Under the pieces are notes generated by a model. It saw only the letters and a program-made list of their open reading frames with translations, had not been told where the DNA came from and did no database searches. Source: an uncultured Acidimicrobiales bacterium (lineage in GTDB: Bacteria > Actinomycetota > Acidimicrobiia > Acidimicrobiales > UBA8190). Taken from it: a DNA stretch of 64,000 bases. The translations under genes were made by a program, and so were the position numbers. Below, in pieces: positions 31,492 through 40,471 of the stretch (position 1 is its first letter; the number at the start of each line of letters is the position of its first letter). The stretch is from NCBI GenBank assembly GCA_963796765.1, contig CAWCMY010000005.1, positions 173,918 through 237,917 of the forward strand, written 5' to 3'.

Positions 31492-31860
31492 GGGCGGGCC
31501 GGGGTCGGTGATGCGCCGTATCTCGATGCCGGTCAGAGCCTCGGCGCTCTCGCCGGTGATGGTCTCGTCGGTGAACAGCTCGGTGGGCAGGCCGGCACGG
31601 CGCAGCCCGACCGCCACCGCCGCCGCCGGCGTGACCGGTCCCCACACGCCGACCCGGCGGCGGGATGCGGGCCCGCAGCGCGCCGACGAGCGTGGACAGC
31701 GGCTCGTCCGCCTCGAACGTGATGGACGTGGAGTGCTCGGTCGGTGAGTCGGGCTGGGGCCGGTTCGCGGCCGACGACGACGAGCACGTCCATATGACGT
31801 CTTTTACTCTAAGGGGGGTGAGAGCGTCGTCCTGACTGGTAGCTTCGACTGCGCCCTCGG

Positions 31861-31949
31861 GGAGAGGTGCGAGAGCGGCCGAATCGGACTCACTGCTAAT
31901 GAGTTGACCTGGGAAACTGGGTCCGAGGGTTCAAATCCCTCCCTCTCCG
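31861..31949 (+). tRNA. tRNA-Ser (anticodon GCU)
   Basis: Cloverleaf read by hand. Acceptor stem GGAGAGG/CCTCTCC. Anticodon stem-loop ACTCA-CTGCTAA-TGAGT. Long variable arm TGACCTGGGAAACTGGGTC (class II). T-arm GAGGG-TTCAAAT-CCCTC. Discriminator G. CCA is not encoded. Confidence 0.9.
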
Positions 31950-32023
31950 CTCATGGTGTCGGTGGCGCGCCGGGACAATCCACCACGCCGGGTGGTGGAC
32001 CGCTCCGCCGGTAGATTGTCCTG

Positions 32024-33309
32024 GTGGCCGAGCGATACTGGTTGGAGACCCTGGGCTGTCCGAAGAACCAGGTCGACTCGGACAAGCTCGTGGGCACGCT
32101 GCGCCGCGACGGCTACGAGCCGGCCGCAACGCCGAACGACGCCGATCTGGTCGTGGTCAACACGTGCGCCTTCATCGAGGCGGCGCGCCAGGAATCGATC
32201 GACACCATCCTCGAGCTGTCCGCCGCACGCCACGAGGGCGCCCGCCTGGTGGTGACGGGATGTCTGGCCGAGCGCCACGGCGACCAGCTCACCGCCGCGC
32301 TGCCCGAGGTGGACCTGGTGGTGGGCTTCGGGGTCCCCGTCACCCTCGGGGCCGGGCAGGGGTCGACCGACGAGGCCCCCCTGTCGTTCGACCTCTTGAA
32401 CCTGCCCCGTCCGGCCGGCCGACGCGCCGTGGGCGTATGTGAAGGTGGCCGAGGGGTGCGACCGGCACTGCGGGTTCTGCGCCATCCCGTCGTTCCGGGG
32501 CCTCCAGCGGTCGCGTCCCGAAGACGTGGTGCTGGCCGAGGTGGACGAGCTCGGGGCCGGTGTCCACGAGGTGGTCCTCGTCGCCCAGGACCTGGCCTCG
32601 TGGGGACTCGATCGCAGCGCGCCCGAGCGGGTGGCGCGCCCGGCGGGGACGCCACGCCCCATCGTGGGCCTCGTCCGCCGCCTGTCCCAGCACGTCGAGC
32701 GCGTCCGGCTGCTCTATCTGTATCCCTCGGCCCTCGACGACTCGCTCATCGACGCCGTGGTGTCGACGGGCGTGCCCTATTTCGACCTCTCGCTCCAGCA
32801 CGTCTCGCGTCCGCTCGTCGAGCGAATGCGGCGGTGGGGTGATGCGGAGAGGTTCCTCGAGCGCATCGACAAGATCCGGAGCGCCGCCCCCGACGCCGCG
32901 CTGCGGTCGTCGTTCATCCTCGGGTACCCCGGCGAGACCGAGGACGACCACGACCTCCTCCTGTCGTTCCTGGCCGCGGCACGCCTCGACTGGGCGGGCT
33001 TCTTCACCTTCTCCGAGGAGTCCGGCACCTTCGCCGAGGGTCTCTCCGGTGCGGTGCCGGCCGAGCTCGCCCTGGAGCGGCTGCGCGAGTGCTCGGAGCT
33101 CCAAGACGCCGTCACCGCCGAACGCCGGGCCGCGCTGCGTGGGTGAGCGCGTCGAGGTGCTCGTCGACGAGACCGGCGTGGGCCGAACGTATCGCGAGGC
33201 GCCCGACATCGACGGCGTCATCCACGTCGACCCGTCCCTGGCGGTGGGGGAGTTCCACAAGGTGGTGGTCACGGGCGCGGCGGGGCCAGACCTGTGGGCC
33301 GAGACGTGA
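32024..33309 (+). pseudogene. rimO: Ribosomal protein S12 methylthiotransferase RimO, two frame breaks (about 32420 and 33140)
   Basis: MAERYWLETLGCPKNQVDSDKL…VVVNTCAFI… / AYVKVAEGCDRHCGFCAIP (radical-SAM CxxxCxxC) … / TRAM domain RVEVLVDETGVGRTYREAPDIDGVIHV…. Confidence 0.85.
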
Positions 33310-33890
33310 GCGAGCCGTTGCGCGAGCGCATGCGCGTCTCGACCTTCGGGCCCTCGGCGCTCAACACCCCCGCCAACGCCATCACCGTGGCCCGCCTGTT
33401 GGCCACGCCGGTGTTGGTGGGGATGATCATCGTCCACGGCGCGGGGTGGGCGCCCTTCGGCGTGGCGCTCGCCATCGGGCTCACCGACGGAGTCGACGGA
33501 TGGCTGGCGCGTCGCCAGGGCACGACGCGCTCGGGCGCCTTTCTCGACCCGTTGGCGGACAAGGCCGCCGTGGTGGGATCGCTGTGCGCGCTGGCGGCCA
33601 AGGGGGAGCTGGCGTGGCTCCCCGTTGCCATCATCGCGGCCCGCGAGGTGTGGATGAGCCTCTACCGCATCGCCGTGGGCCGCCGCGGCATCTCCCTCCC
33701 GGCCCGCTCGAGCGCCAAGCTCAAGACCCTCGTCCAGGGCGTCGCCATCCTGCTCTGTCTGGCGCCCTCGGTCGCCCCCCATCACCGCGTCCTCGACGTG
33801 GCGATTTGGGTGGCGGTCGCCTTCACCGTCGTGACGGGCGCCCAGTATCTCCTCGACGGCCGGCGCGCCGCCCAGGAGCTGCGTCGGTGA
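33294..33890 (+). CDS. pgsA: CDP-diacylglycerol--glycerol-3-phosphate 3-phosphatidyltransferase
   Basis: CDP-alcohol phosphatidyltransferase motif DGVDGWLARRQGTTRSGAFLDPLADK in a multi-TM 198-aa ORF. It sits in the conserved rimO-pgsA-cinA order. Confidence 0.85.
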   Translation: MGRDVSEPLRERMRVSTFGPSALNTPANAITVARLLATPVLVGMIIVHGAGWAPFGVALAIGLTDGVDGWLARRQGTTRSGAFLDPLADKAAVVGSLCALAAKGELAWLPVAIIAAREVWMSLYRIAVGRRGISLPARSSAKLKTLVQGVAILLCLAPSVAPHHRVLDVAIWVAVAFTVVTGAQYLLDGRRAAQELRR

Positions 33891-35149
33891 GGGTCGAGGT
33901 CCTCGCCGTCGGCACCGAGCTGCTCCTGGGCCAGATCGTCGACACCAACTCGACGTGGCTGGGAGAGCAGCTGGCGCTGGCGGGCATCGATTCGCACTTC
34001 CATTCGGCGGTGGGGGACAACCAGGCCCGCATCGTGCTGGCCCTGCGCACGGCGCTGGCGCGCAGCGAGGGCGTAGTGGTGTGCGGCGGGCTCGGGCCCA
34101 CCCACGACGACATCACCCGCGACGCCATCGCCGAGGTCATGGCCGTCCCACTCGTGCGCGACGACGAGATCGTGCAACGCATCGCCGAGATGTTCAGCTC
34201 GCGCGGGCGGGTCATGCCCGAGAGCAACGGTCGCCAGGCCGACGTGCCCATGGGTGCGACGCCGATCCCCCAACAGCTGGGTACCGCACCGGGGCTCATC
34301 TGCCCGGTCGGCCACAAGGTGGTCTACGCCCTTCCGGGCGTGCCCTACGAGCTCGTCGAGATGTTCACCCGGGCCGTCCTCCCCGATCTCCGGGCTCGGG
34401 CCGATCTGGCCGGCGAGGCGGCGGTGATCATGAGCCGCGTCGTGCGGACGTGGGGGTTGAGCGAGTCCGGTCTGGCCGAGCTCCTGGCGCCGCGCATCGA
34501 GGCGTCGGACGCATTGCCGGGCAGCCCCACCATCGCCTTCCTGGCGAGCGGGATCGAAGGGATCAAGGTGCGCATCACGGCCAAGGCGCCCGACACCACC
34601 GCGGCTGTTTCCCTCCTCGACGCCGAAGAGGCCGAGGTGCGGGCCCTCGTGGGTGAGGTCGTGTTCGGCGTGGACGACACCACCATGGAGGCGGCGGTGG
34701 CCGACCTCCTCGGGGCCCGAGCCCTCACCCTGGGCCTGGCCGAGTCGCTCACCGGTGGCCTGGTGGCGTCGCGCCTCGTGGCCGTGCCCGGTGCCAGTGA
34801 CTGGTTCCGGGGATCGGTCGTGAGCTACGCGTCGGAGGTCAAGCACACCGTGCTCGGAGTGCCCCCCGGCCCCGTCGTGACCGAGGCCGCGGCGCGCGCC
34901 ATGGCCATGGGGGCTCGTCGCGTCCTTGGCGCCGACGTCGGCCTGGCGCTCACCGGCGTGGCCGGTCCCGACCCGACCGAAGGCGTGGCGCCGGGCACCG
35001 TCGTGGTGGGACTGGCGCTGTCGGACGCCGACCCCGAGTCCCTCGTGTTCCATCTCCCCGGTGACCGCGACCGGGTCCGGCAGTACGCGGCGATCTCGGC
35101 GCTCGACCTCCTGCGCCGCCGACTGCTGGCGGAGGTGCCGGCGCCGTAG
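33887..35149 (+). CDS. cinA: CinA family protein (MoCF-type domain + nicotinamide-nucleotide amidohydrolase PncC domain)
   Basis: The GTG overlaps the pgsA stop (GTGA). N-terminus VRVEVLAVGTELLLGQIVDTNS…VVCGGLGPTHDDITR. C-terminal CinA domain LGLAESLTGGLVAS…GVAGP. The upstream 266 codons of the 686-aa ORF are ignored as non-coding extension. Confidence 0.9.
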   Translation: MRVEVLAVGTELLLGQIVDTNSTWLGEQLALAGIDSHFHSAVGDNQARIVLALRTALARSEGVVVCGGLGPTHDDITRDAIAEVMAVPLVRDDEIVQRIAEMFSSRGRVMPESNGRQADVPMGATPIPQQLGTAPGLICPVGHKVVYALPGVPYELVEMFTRAVLPDLRARADLAGEAAVIMSRVVRTWGLSESGLAELLAPRIEASDALPGSPTIAFLASGIEGIKVRITAKAPDTTAAVSLLDAEEAEVRALVGEVVFGVDDTTMEAAVADLLGARALTLGLAESLTGGLVASRLVAVPGASDWFRGSVVSYASEVKHTVLGVPPGPVVTEAAARAMAMGARRVLGADVGLALTGVAGPDPTEGVAPGTVVVGLALSDADPESLVFHLPGDRDRVRQYAAISALDLLRRRLLAEVPAP

Positions 35150-35191
35150 ACATGGACCGGGGCGCCCTCAGCCACCGAGCAGGGCGCGGCG

Positions 35192-36046
35192 CTAAGGAAA
35201 GACGACGGTTCGGTTGCCGTTGAGGAGCACCCGGTCCTCCAGGTGCCAGCGGAGTCCTCGGGCGAGCACTGAACGCTCGATATCCCGGCCGATGCGCAGG
35301 AGGTCCTCGACCGTGTCGCCGTGGTCGATCCGGCTGGTGTCCTGCTCGATGATGGGTCCGGCGTCCAAATCGGCTGTCACGTAGTGACATGTCGCACCGA
35401 TGAGCTTCACACCCCGTTCGAATGCCTGGTGGTAGGGCCGAGCCCCGGCAAACGACGGCAGAAAGCTGTGGTGGATATTGATGATCCGTCCGGGGTACCG
35501 GGCACAGACATCGGCCGGGAGGATCTGCATGTAGCGGGCCAACACCATGGCGTCGGCCCGAGCGGCGTCGACCAGTGAGACGATCTCGGCGAAGGCTTCG
35601 GCCTTGTGCTCGGCGACCACGGGCACGTGGAGGAATTCGATTCCGTGCCACTCGACGATTCGACGGAGATCGGGGTGGTTGGAGATCACCCCGGCGATGT
35701 CACATGCGAGGTCGCCGCTGCGCCAGCGATGCAGGAGGTCCGCCAGGCAGTGGTCCTCTCGGCTCACCAACACCACAATCCTCTTGCGCACATCGGTGTC
35801 GCTGAGGTGCCATTCCAACTCGAACTCCCGCGCCACGTCGGCGAAACGGTGGCCGAACTCCTCGGGTCCAAAGGCCAGGCTTTCGGCCAGTATCTCGATG
35901 CGTTGGAAGAACTGGCCGGTCGTGAGATCGCCGTGCTGGGCGGCCTCGGTCACCCAGCCCCCATAGGACGCGATGAAGCCAGTGACGGCGGCCACGATTC
36001 CGGTCCGGTCGGGACAGGTGACCGTGAGCACGAAGCGACGCACGCA
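35192..36046 (-). CDS. purU: Formyltetrahydrofolate deformylase
   Basis: ACT domain (FVLTVTCPDRTGIVAAVTGFI) plus formyltransferase core (…IINIHHSFLPSFAGARPYHQA…GATCHYVTADLDAGPII). The GTG start at 36046 was chosen from the length of the homologous region. Confidence 0.9.
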   Translation of the reverse strand, partial: CVRRFVLTVTCPDRTGIVAAVTGFIASYGGWVTEAAQHGDLTTGQFFQRIEILAESLAFGPEEFGHRFADVAREFELEWHLSDTDVRKRIVVLVSREDHCLADLLHRWRSGDLACDIAGVISNHPDLRRIVEWHGIEFLHVPVVAEHKAEAFAEIVSLVDAARADAMVLARYMQILPADVCARYPGRIINIHHSFLPSFAGARPYHQAFERGVKLIGATCHYVTADLDAGPIIEQDTSRIDHGDTVEDLLRIGRDIERSVLARGLRWHLEDRVLLNGNRTVVFP

Positions 36047-36127
36047 CCCATCATGCCGGGTCCCCTTGGGGGGCGATCGACGAGGACGAGTGTGGGCCCG
36101 ACGCGGCGGGCGTGCACACTGGACGCC

Positions 36128-36652
36128 GTGCGCCTGTTCGTGGCGGTGCGGCCCCCCGAGAGCGTGATCGAGCTCCTGCTCGGCGTGGACCGTCCCGAGG
36201 TGGCGGGGCTGCGGTGGACGACCGAGCCGCAGTGGCACGTGACCCTGCGCTTCCTGGGTGAGGTCGACGAGTGGGGTCCCGTCGTGGACGCCCTGGGTGC
36301 CGTGCCCGACCGTCTGGCCGCCGGGGCCGGGCCCGAGGTCCGGGCCGCCCTCGGGCCGACCACGGCGTGGTTCCCCGGACGGCGTGTCCTCCAGGTCCCG
36401 GTGGTGGGCCTCGACGGGCTGGCTCGGGAGGTGACGGCGGTCACGGGTCCGTGGGGGGACCCCGTCGACGACCACCGGTTCTCCGGGCACCTGACCCTCG
36501 CCCGGGCGCGGGGCAGGGCCCCCGGGCCTGCGGGTCTGGCCGGCGCATCGCTGGCGGCGACGTGGTGGGTGCGGGCCTTCGAATTGGTGTCCTCGGTCCT
36601 CGGTCCCGGGGGGTCGCGCTACCAGACACTGTCCACGGTGGCGCTCTCCTGA
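36128..36652 (+). CDS. thpR: RNA 2',3'-cyclic phosphodiesterase (2'-5' RNA ligase family)
   Basis: VRLFVAV… with the two H-x-T motifs HVTLRFLG and HLTLAR, in about 174 aa. Its position upstream of recA is common in actinobacteria. Confidence 0.8.
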   Translation: MRLFVAVRPPESVIELLLGVDRPEVAGLRWTTEPQWHVTLRFLGEVDEWGPVVDALGAVPDRLAAGAGPEVRAALGPTTAWFPGRRVLQVPVVGLDGLAREVTAVTGPWGDPVDDHRFSGHLTLARARGRAPGPAGLAGASLAATWWVRAFELVSSVLGPGGSRYQTLSTVALS

Positions 36653-36672
36653 GAATGAAATGAATCCCCCAC

Positions 36673-36686
36673 CGAACAGGTGTTCG
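36673..36686 (+). promoter_or_regulatory. LexA (SOS/Cheo) box upstream of recA
   Basis: Perfect palindrome CGAAC-AGGT-GTTCG, matching the Gram-positive/actinobacterial GAAC-N4-GTTC consensus. It lies 126 nt upstream of the recA ATG, with TACACT (TANNNT) 5 nt downstream. Confidence 0.8.
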
Positions 36687-36811
36687 TAACTACACTGCTG
36701 ACATTCGATGGAGGCAGCCGAGGGATGTCACACCCCGTTCGTAGGGTCGGTCGGGTCAGTCGGGTCGGAGCGACGTAGCCGGTTCATCAAGCGAAGAGAG
36801 GCATCGGACAA

Positions 36812-37861
36812 ATGGAACGTGACAAGGCGCTCGACATGGCCCTGAGCCAGATCGAAAAGCAATTCGGCAAGGGCTCGGTCATGCGCATGGGGGAGAACCT
36901 CAACCTGGGGATCGAGTCGATCTCCACCGGAGCGTTGGCGCTCGACCTCGCCCTCGGGATCGGTGGCCTCCCCCGGGGACGCATCGTCGAGATCTACGGC
37001 CCCGAGTCGTCGGGGAAGTCGACGCTGGCCATGCACGTGGTGGCCGAGGCACAGCGCAACGGCGGCATCTGCGCCTACATCGACGCCGAGCACGCCATGG
37101 ACCCGGTGTACGCCGGCGCCATCGGTGTGAACGTCGACGACCTGCTCATCTCCCAGCCCGACACCGGGGAGCAGGCCCTCGAGATCGCCGACATGCTCAT
37201 CCGCTCGGGCGCGCTCGACGTGCTCGTCATCGACTCGGTGGCGGCGCTCACGCCCCGCGCCGAGATCGAGGGGGAGATGGGCGACAGCCACGTCGGGCTG
37301 CAGGCCCGGCTCATGTCCCAGGCGTTGCGCAAGCTGACCGGCACGCTCTCGAAGTCCAACACCATCGCCGTCTTCATCAACCAGCTGCGAGAGAAGATCG
37401 GCGTGATGTACGGATCCCCCGAGGTCACTCCGGGTGGTCGGGCGCTCAAGTTCTATTCCTCGGTGCGTCTCGACATCCGTCGCATCGAGCAGATCAAGGA
37501 CGGCGCGGAGGTCGTCGGGAGTCGCACACGGGTGAAAGTCGTCAAGAACAAGGTCAGCTCGCCGTTCAAGCAGGCCGAGTTCGACATCATGTACGGCCGG
37601 GGCATCAGCCGGGAGGGCTCGCTCCTCGACGTGGGCGTGGAGCTCGGCCTCATCAAGAAGTCCGGGGCGTGGTTCACCTACGAGGGCGAGCAGCTCGGAC
37701 AGGGCCGGGAGAACGCCAAGCAGTTCCTGGTGGAGACGCCCGAGTTGATGATCGAGATCAACGAGCGCATCCGCTCGCAGCTGGCCGGCACGGTCCTCCC
37801 CGCGGGGGCAACCGTCGGTGCGATCGAGGAGGAAGGCGTTCCCGCCACCGTGCCGGACTGA
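36812..37861 (+). CDS. recA: Recombinase RecA
   Basis: Intact 349-aa ORF. Walker [10 protein letters not shown]. Remaining signatures are …[21 protein letters not shown]… and …[37 protein letters not shown]…. Confidence 0.98.
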   Translation: MERDKALDMALSQIEKQFGKGSVMRMGENLNLGIESISTGALALDLALGIGGLPRGRIVEIYGPESSGKSTLAMHVVAEAQRNGGICAYIDAEHAMDPVYAGAIGVNVDDLLISQPDTGEQALEIADMLIRSGALDVLVIDSVAALTPRAEIEGEMGDSHVGLQARLMSQALRKLTGTLSKSNTIAVFINQLREKIGVMYGSPEVTPGGRALKFYSSVRLDIRRIEQIKDGAEVVGSRTRVKVVKNKVSSPFKQAEFDIMYGRGISREGSLLDVGVELGLIKKSGAWFTYEGEQLGQGRENAKQFLVETPELMIEINERIRSQLAGTVLPAGATVGAIEEEGVPATVPD

Positions 37862-37883
37862 CGCTGTTCGTTCTTGCCGTTCG

Positions 37884-37915
37884 CGGGCCGGGTTGCCGTC
37901 GGGCGGCCCGGCCCG
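37884..37915. terminator. GC-rich stem-loop between convergent recA and the DUF3048 gene
   Basis: 9-bp perfect stem CGGGCCGGG / CCCGGCCCG with a 14-nt loop, followed by TTGTA. It lies in a 67-nt convergent intergenic gap. Confidence 0.5.
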
Positions 37916-37928
37916 TTGTACGTCGGTC

Positions 37929-39305
37929 CTACGGCTTGACGGTGGTGGCGGGACCGTTCGACCCCGTCGCGCCTCCCGTAGTGGTGACTGGCACCGTGGA
38001 GGGCACGATCTCGACCCAGGTCTGCCCGGGCTTGAGCGCGATGGTCGATCCGTCCGAGGCGGTCAGGGTGGTGGGGTCGCCCAAGGCGGCTCGCTTCCAC
38101 GTTCCGGTAAGGGCGACACCGTCGCGCAGGACCAGGACAGGTCCGCTACCGGTCATCTGCGACTGCACCTCGAGCCCGCCCTCGCTGTTCTCGAGCCACG
38201 GGCCGTAGGTGACGCGCACGGTCTGGACGACGATATTGGTGGTGGCGATCTGTCCCCCCCCCGAGACAGTGGCGGGCCTGCCGCTGTACGACAACAGCCA
38301 GCGCCCGCTCGACGCGCTCCATGTCCACAAGGTGTTGTTGGTCGCGGTGAAGGGGATGTGGACCGATCCGGTCGCCACGCCTGCGGTTGTCGTCGAGGAA
38401 TAGGTGAACAGTGGGGTCGGCGGCGTGGTGTCGTCGGGCTCGAGGCCCCATCCCGACGCCGCCGAGATGTAGGTGTCGTAGGGCGCGTAGCGGCCGGGTA
38501 CATGCTTGATGATCGAGCCGTGCGTGCGGAGGTCAAAGTCGCTCAGGTTGCCGTGCTGCAACATGGAGATGACGGGGTTGATCCCACCCACGTGGACGAA
38601 GATGGGTTTACTGAGCTGGTCGAGAATTTGCAGGTCGACGGCGCGTGCCGACCGGATCGGCCCGACGGAGGTGGGGCTCTGGCACTGGAAGACCGCCGCG
38701 AAGCGCGTGATGCCGCCCTCGACGGGCTCGTCGAAGACGATGTCGGCCTGGTCGATGCCTGACTGGGGCCGGGCGTCGGGGTAATTGTCCACCTTCACCG
38801 CCAGTGCAGGCCGCTGCGGGACGGGGCCGCCGGCGGGTGCGAGGCCGGTGAGCGGGCACAGCGGGCCGGGCGTGGCCGTCGTGGTCGGGCCCGGGATGTT
38901 GGGCGCCGCGGCGTGGGGGGGCTTCTTGTTCCCGCCCCCCGAGGTGGCCGCCAGTGCGATCCCCGCTCCCAGGACGAGCACCGCCGCGGCGGCGAGGGCG
39001 ATGACCCAGGCCCGTGGGGCCGAGGTGCGGCCCGCGCCGCCCCCCGCCCCGTCGCCGAGGGCGGCTGCCGTGGCGCCGCCGGCACCGGCCCCGGCCCCGG
39101 CCATGGCGGGCGTGCCCGTCGGAGGCGTGATGGCGGCCATGGAGCGGGTGGCGTCGACCGGGACCGACTGGGTGAGGTCGCCGGCGGGCGTGGCGGCCGG
39201 ATTGGCCTGGGTGGCGGTGTCCCAGGACTCGGGTGCCCCGGCGTCGTCCGCTGCATTTCCATTCGGGACGTCGTCGGGCAGTTCGGGGGTGGTGTCGTCG
39301 GGCAT
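37929..39305 (-). CDS. DUF3048 domain-containing secreted/membrane-anchored protein
   Basis: Intact 458 aa with a disordered N-terminus and a TM segment. The core is PALAVKVDNYPDARPQSGIDQADIVFDEPVEGGITRFAAVF…, the pattern I associate with DUF3048 (YerB-like). Confidence 0.75.
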   Translation of the reverse strand: MPDDTTPELPDDVPNGNAADDAGAPESWDTATQANPAATPAGDLTQSVPVDATRSMAAITPPTGTPAMAGAGAGAGGATAAALGDGAGGGAGRTSAPRAWVIALAAAAVLVLGAGIALAATSGGGNKKPPHAAAPNIPGPTTTATPGPLCPLTGLAPAGGPVPQRPALAVKVDNYPDARPQSGIDQADIVFDEPVEGGITRFAAVFQCQSPTSVGPIRSARAVDLQILDQLSKPIFVHVGGINPVISMLQHGNLSDFDLRTHGSIIKHVPGRYAPYDTYISAASGWGLEPDDTTPPTPLFTYSSTTTAGVATGSVHIPFTATNNTLWTWSASSGRWLLSYSGRPATVSGGGQIATTNIVVQTVRVTYGPWLENSEGGLEVQSQMTGSGPVLVLRDGVALTGTWKRAALGDPTTLTASDGSTIALKPGQTWVEIVPSTVPVTTTGGATGSNGPATTVKP

Positions 39306-39610
39306 GGGCTCCTCCTGCGATCCCTGGGGCGGAATCGCGATCTCGACCGGCGCCGGCGGCCTGTGGGCACCGGCCTCGGCGCGACGGCCGAAGGTGGATC
39401 CGGGCCGAGGCTACCGCTTGGACTGGTTCGATCCGAGCCACCCGCATTATTGACCCCGGCATGGGCATCGCCGGCGTGCATCGGCCACGGCTCTCTCGGA
39501 CGGGGCCGAGGTGCGTGCCCCGTGGCGCCAGTTCCTCGATGTCGACGTACTGGCGCGCGGGCTGACAGCGCCGATGGGCGGCTCAGGGTGCCACCGGGTA
39601 CCTTCAGCGC

Positions 39611-40369
39611 GTGCCGTCGCCCCGTCAGGTCCCACCGTGGGCCCGCCACATGGCGTCGATCGCCATCGACATCGGATGGCGCTGGGTCTGTGATCTCGGT
39701 GCCATCGGGCCGCGCCACCCTCTCGCCAGACGCTTCGGTGCCTTCGGGGAGGGCAGCCTCATCGCCTTTCCTCCCGGGGCGATCTTCAACGAGCGCTGGA
39801 TCCGGATCGGGAGCCGCACCATGATCGGGCCCTACGTGTCGCTGTCGGCGGGGATGGCACCGGGCCAGCAGATGGTGAGCGATCCCGTGGTGTCGATCGG
39901 CGACCGGACCCTCATCGGGCGCGGCAGTCACATCGTGGGACACTTCTGCGTCGAGATCGGCGACGACATTCAGACCGGGCCCTATGTGTACGTCACCGAC
40001 CAGAACCACGTCTACGACGATCCCGACGTCCCCATCGGCGCGCAGTGGCCGGTCGAGTCGAGCGTGCACATCGGGTCGGGCAGCTGGTTGGGGACGGGAG
40101 TCGTGGTGTTGCCGGGAAGTCATATCGGCCGAAACGTGGCGGTGGGAGCGGGCTCGGTCGTGACCGGCGTGCTCCCCGACCACTGCGTTGCGGTGGGGTC
40201 ACCGGCCAAGGTCGTGAAGCGGTACTCGCCCCGCGACGGGTGGTGCGCCACCGACACCGGTGACGACGTCACGGCGCGGGCGGCTCAGAAGCTGGCCGGA
40301 AGCAATGGGCTCACGGCGCCGAAGAAGAAGAAGAGCACCACGAGCGACACGGCGCCGCCCACGGTGTAG
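39611..40369 (+). CDS. Left-handed beta-helix (hexapeptide-repeat) acetyltransferase
   Basis: Repeated [LIV]G-x4 hexapeptides (IGDRTLIGRGSHIVGHFCVEIGDDIQTG…IGSGSWLGTGVVVLPGSHIGRNVAVGAGSVV), as in the maltose/galactoside O-acetyltransferase type. Both the start and the last ~40 codons are uncertain. Confidence 0.8.
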   Translation: MPSPRQVPPWARHMASIAIDIGWRWVCDLGAIGPRHPLARRFGAFGEGSLIAFPPGAIFNERWIRIGSRTMIGPYVSLSAGMAPGQQMVSDPVVSIGDRTLIGRGSHIVGHFCVEIGDDIQTGPYVYVTDQNHVYDDPDVPIGAQWPVESSVHIGSGSWLGTGVVVLPGSHIGRNVAVGAGSVVTGVLPDHCVAVGSPAKVVKRYSPRDGWCATDTGDDVTARAAQKLAGSNGLTAPKKKKSTTSDTAPPTV

Positions 40370-40471
40370 ACGAGCCAGCGCTGCGAGCGGGAGCGACGTC
40401 TCCGGGCCACCACGAACACGGCGGTGATCACCGCCGCGCTCAGCAGTCCCTGTTCCAGAGCCGGCGTCCAG

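Noticed and set aside
31492-31793. Possible small ORF or N-terminal extension of cbs starting at ATG 31793. It reads [14 protein letters not shown]…, then …[19 protein letters not shown]… and …[36 protein letters not shown]… across frames, faintly reminiscent of the C-terminal half of uroporphyrinogen-III synthase. I also considered a SAM-type riboswitch upstream of cbs.
   Set aside because: It needs at least two frame switches in 300 nt, the similarity is weak and judged by eye, and I cannot evaluate riboswitch covariation without tools. Left unannotated. BLASTX and Infernal on 31492-31860 would settle it.
31861-31949. tRNA-Ser considered as an integration site for the nearby lower-GC accessory blocks (genomic island).
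   Set aside because: There is no integrase or recombinase gene and no direct repeat of the tRNA 3' end in the window. Core genes (cbs, the metB-like gene) separate the tRNA from the lower-GC region.
1-33200. Programmed ribosomal frameshifting or phase variation as the explanation for the many frame breaks.
   Set aside because: There are far too many breaks. They are not associated with slippery heptamers or simple-sequence tracts. They occur in housekeeping genes, and comparison of repeat copies shows random single-base insertions and deletions. Consensus error, or less likely decay, fits better.
33089-35149. Long N-terminal extensions of ORFs 33089..35149 (686 aa), 35192..36490 (432 aa), 35606..36652 (348 aa) and 40424..41860 (478 aa).
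   Set aside because: Homology-bearing sequence begins far downstream (cinA at 33887, purU at 36046, thpR at 36128, PTP at 41258). The upstream parts are low-complexity and overlap neighbouring real genes.
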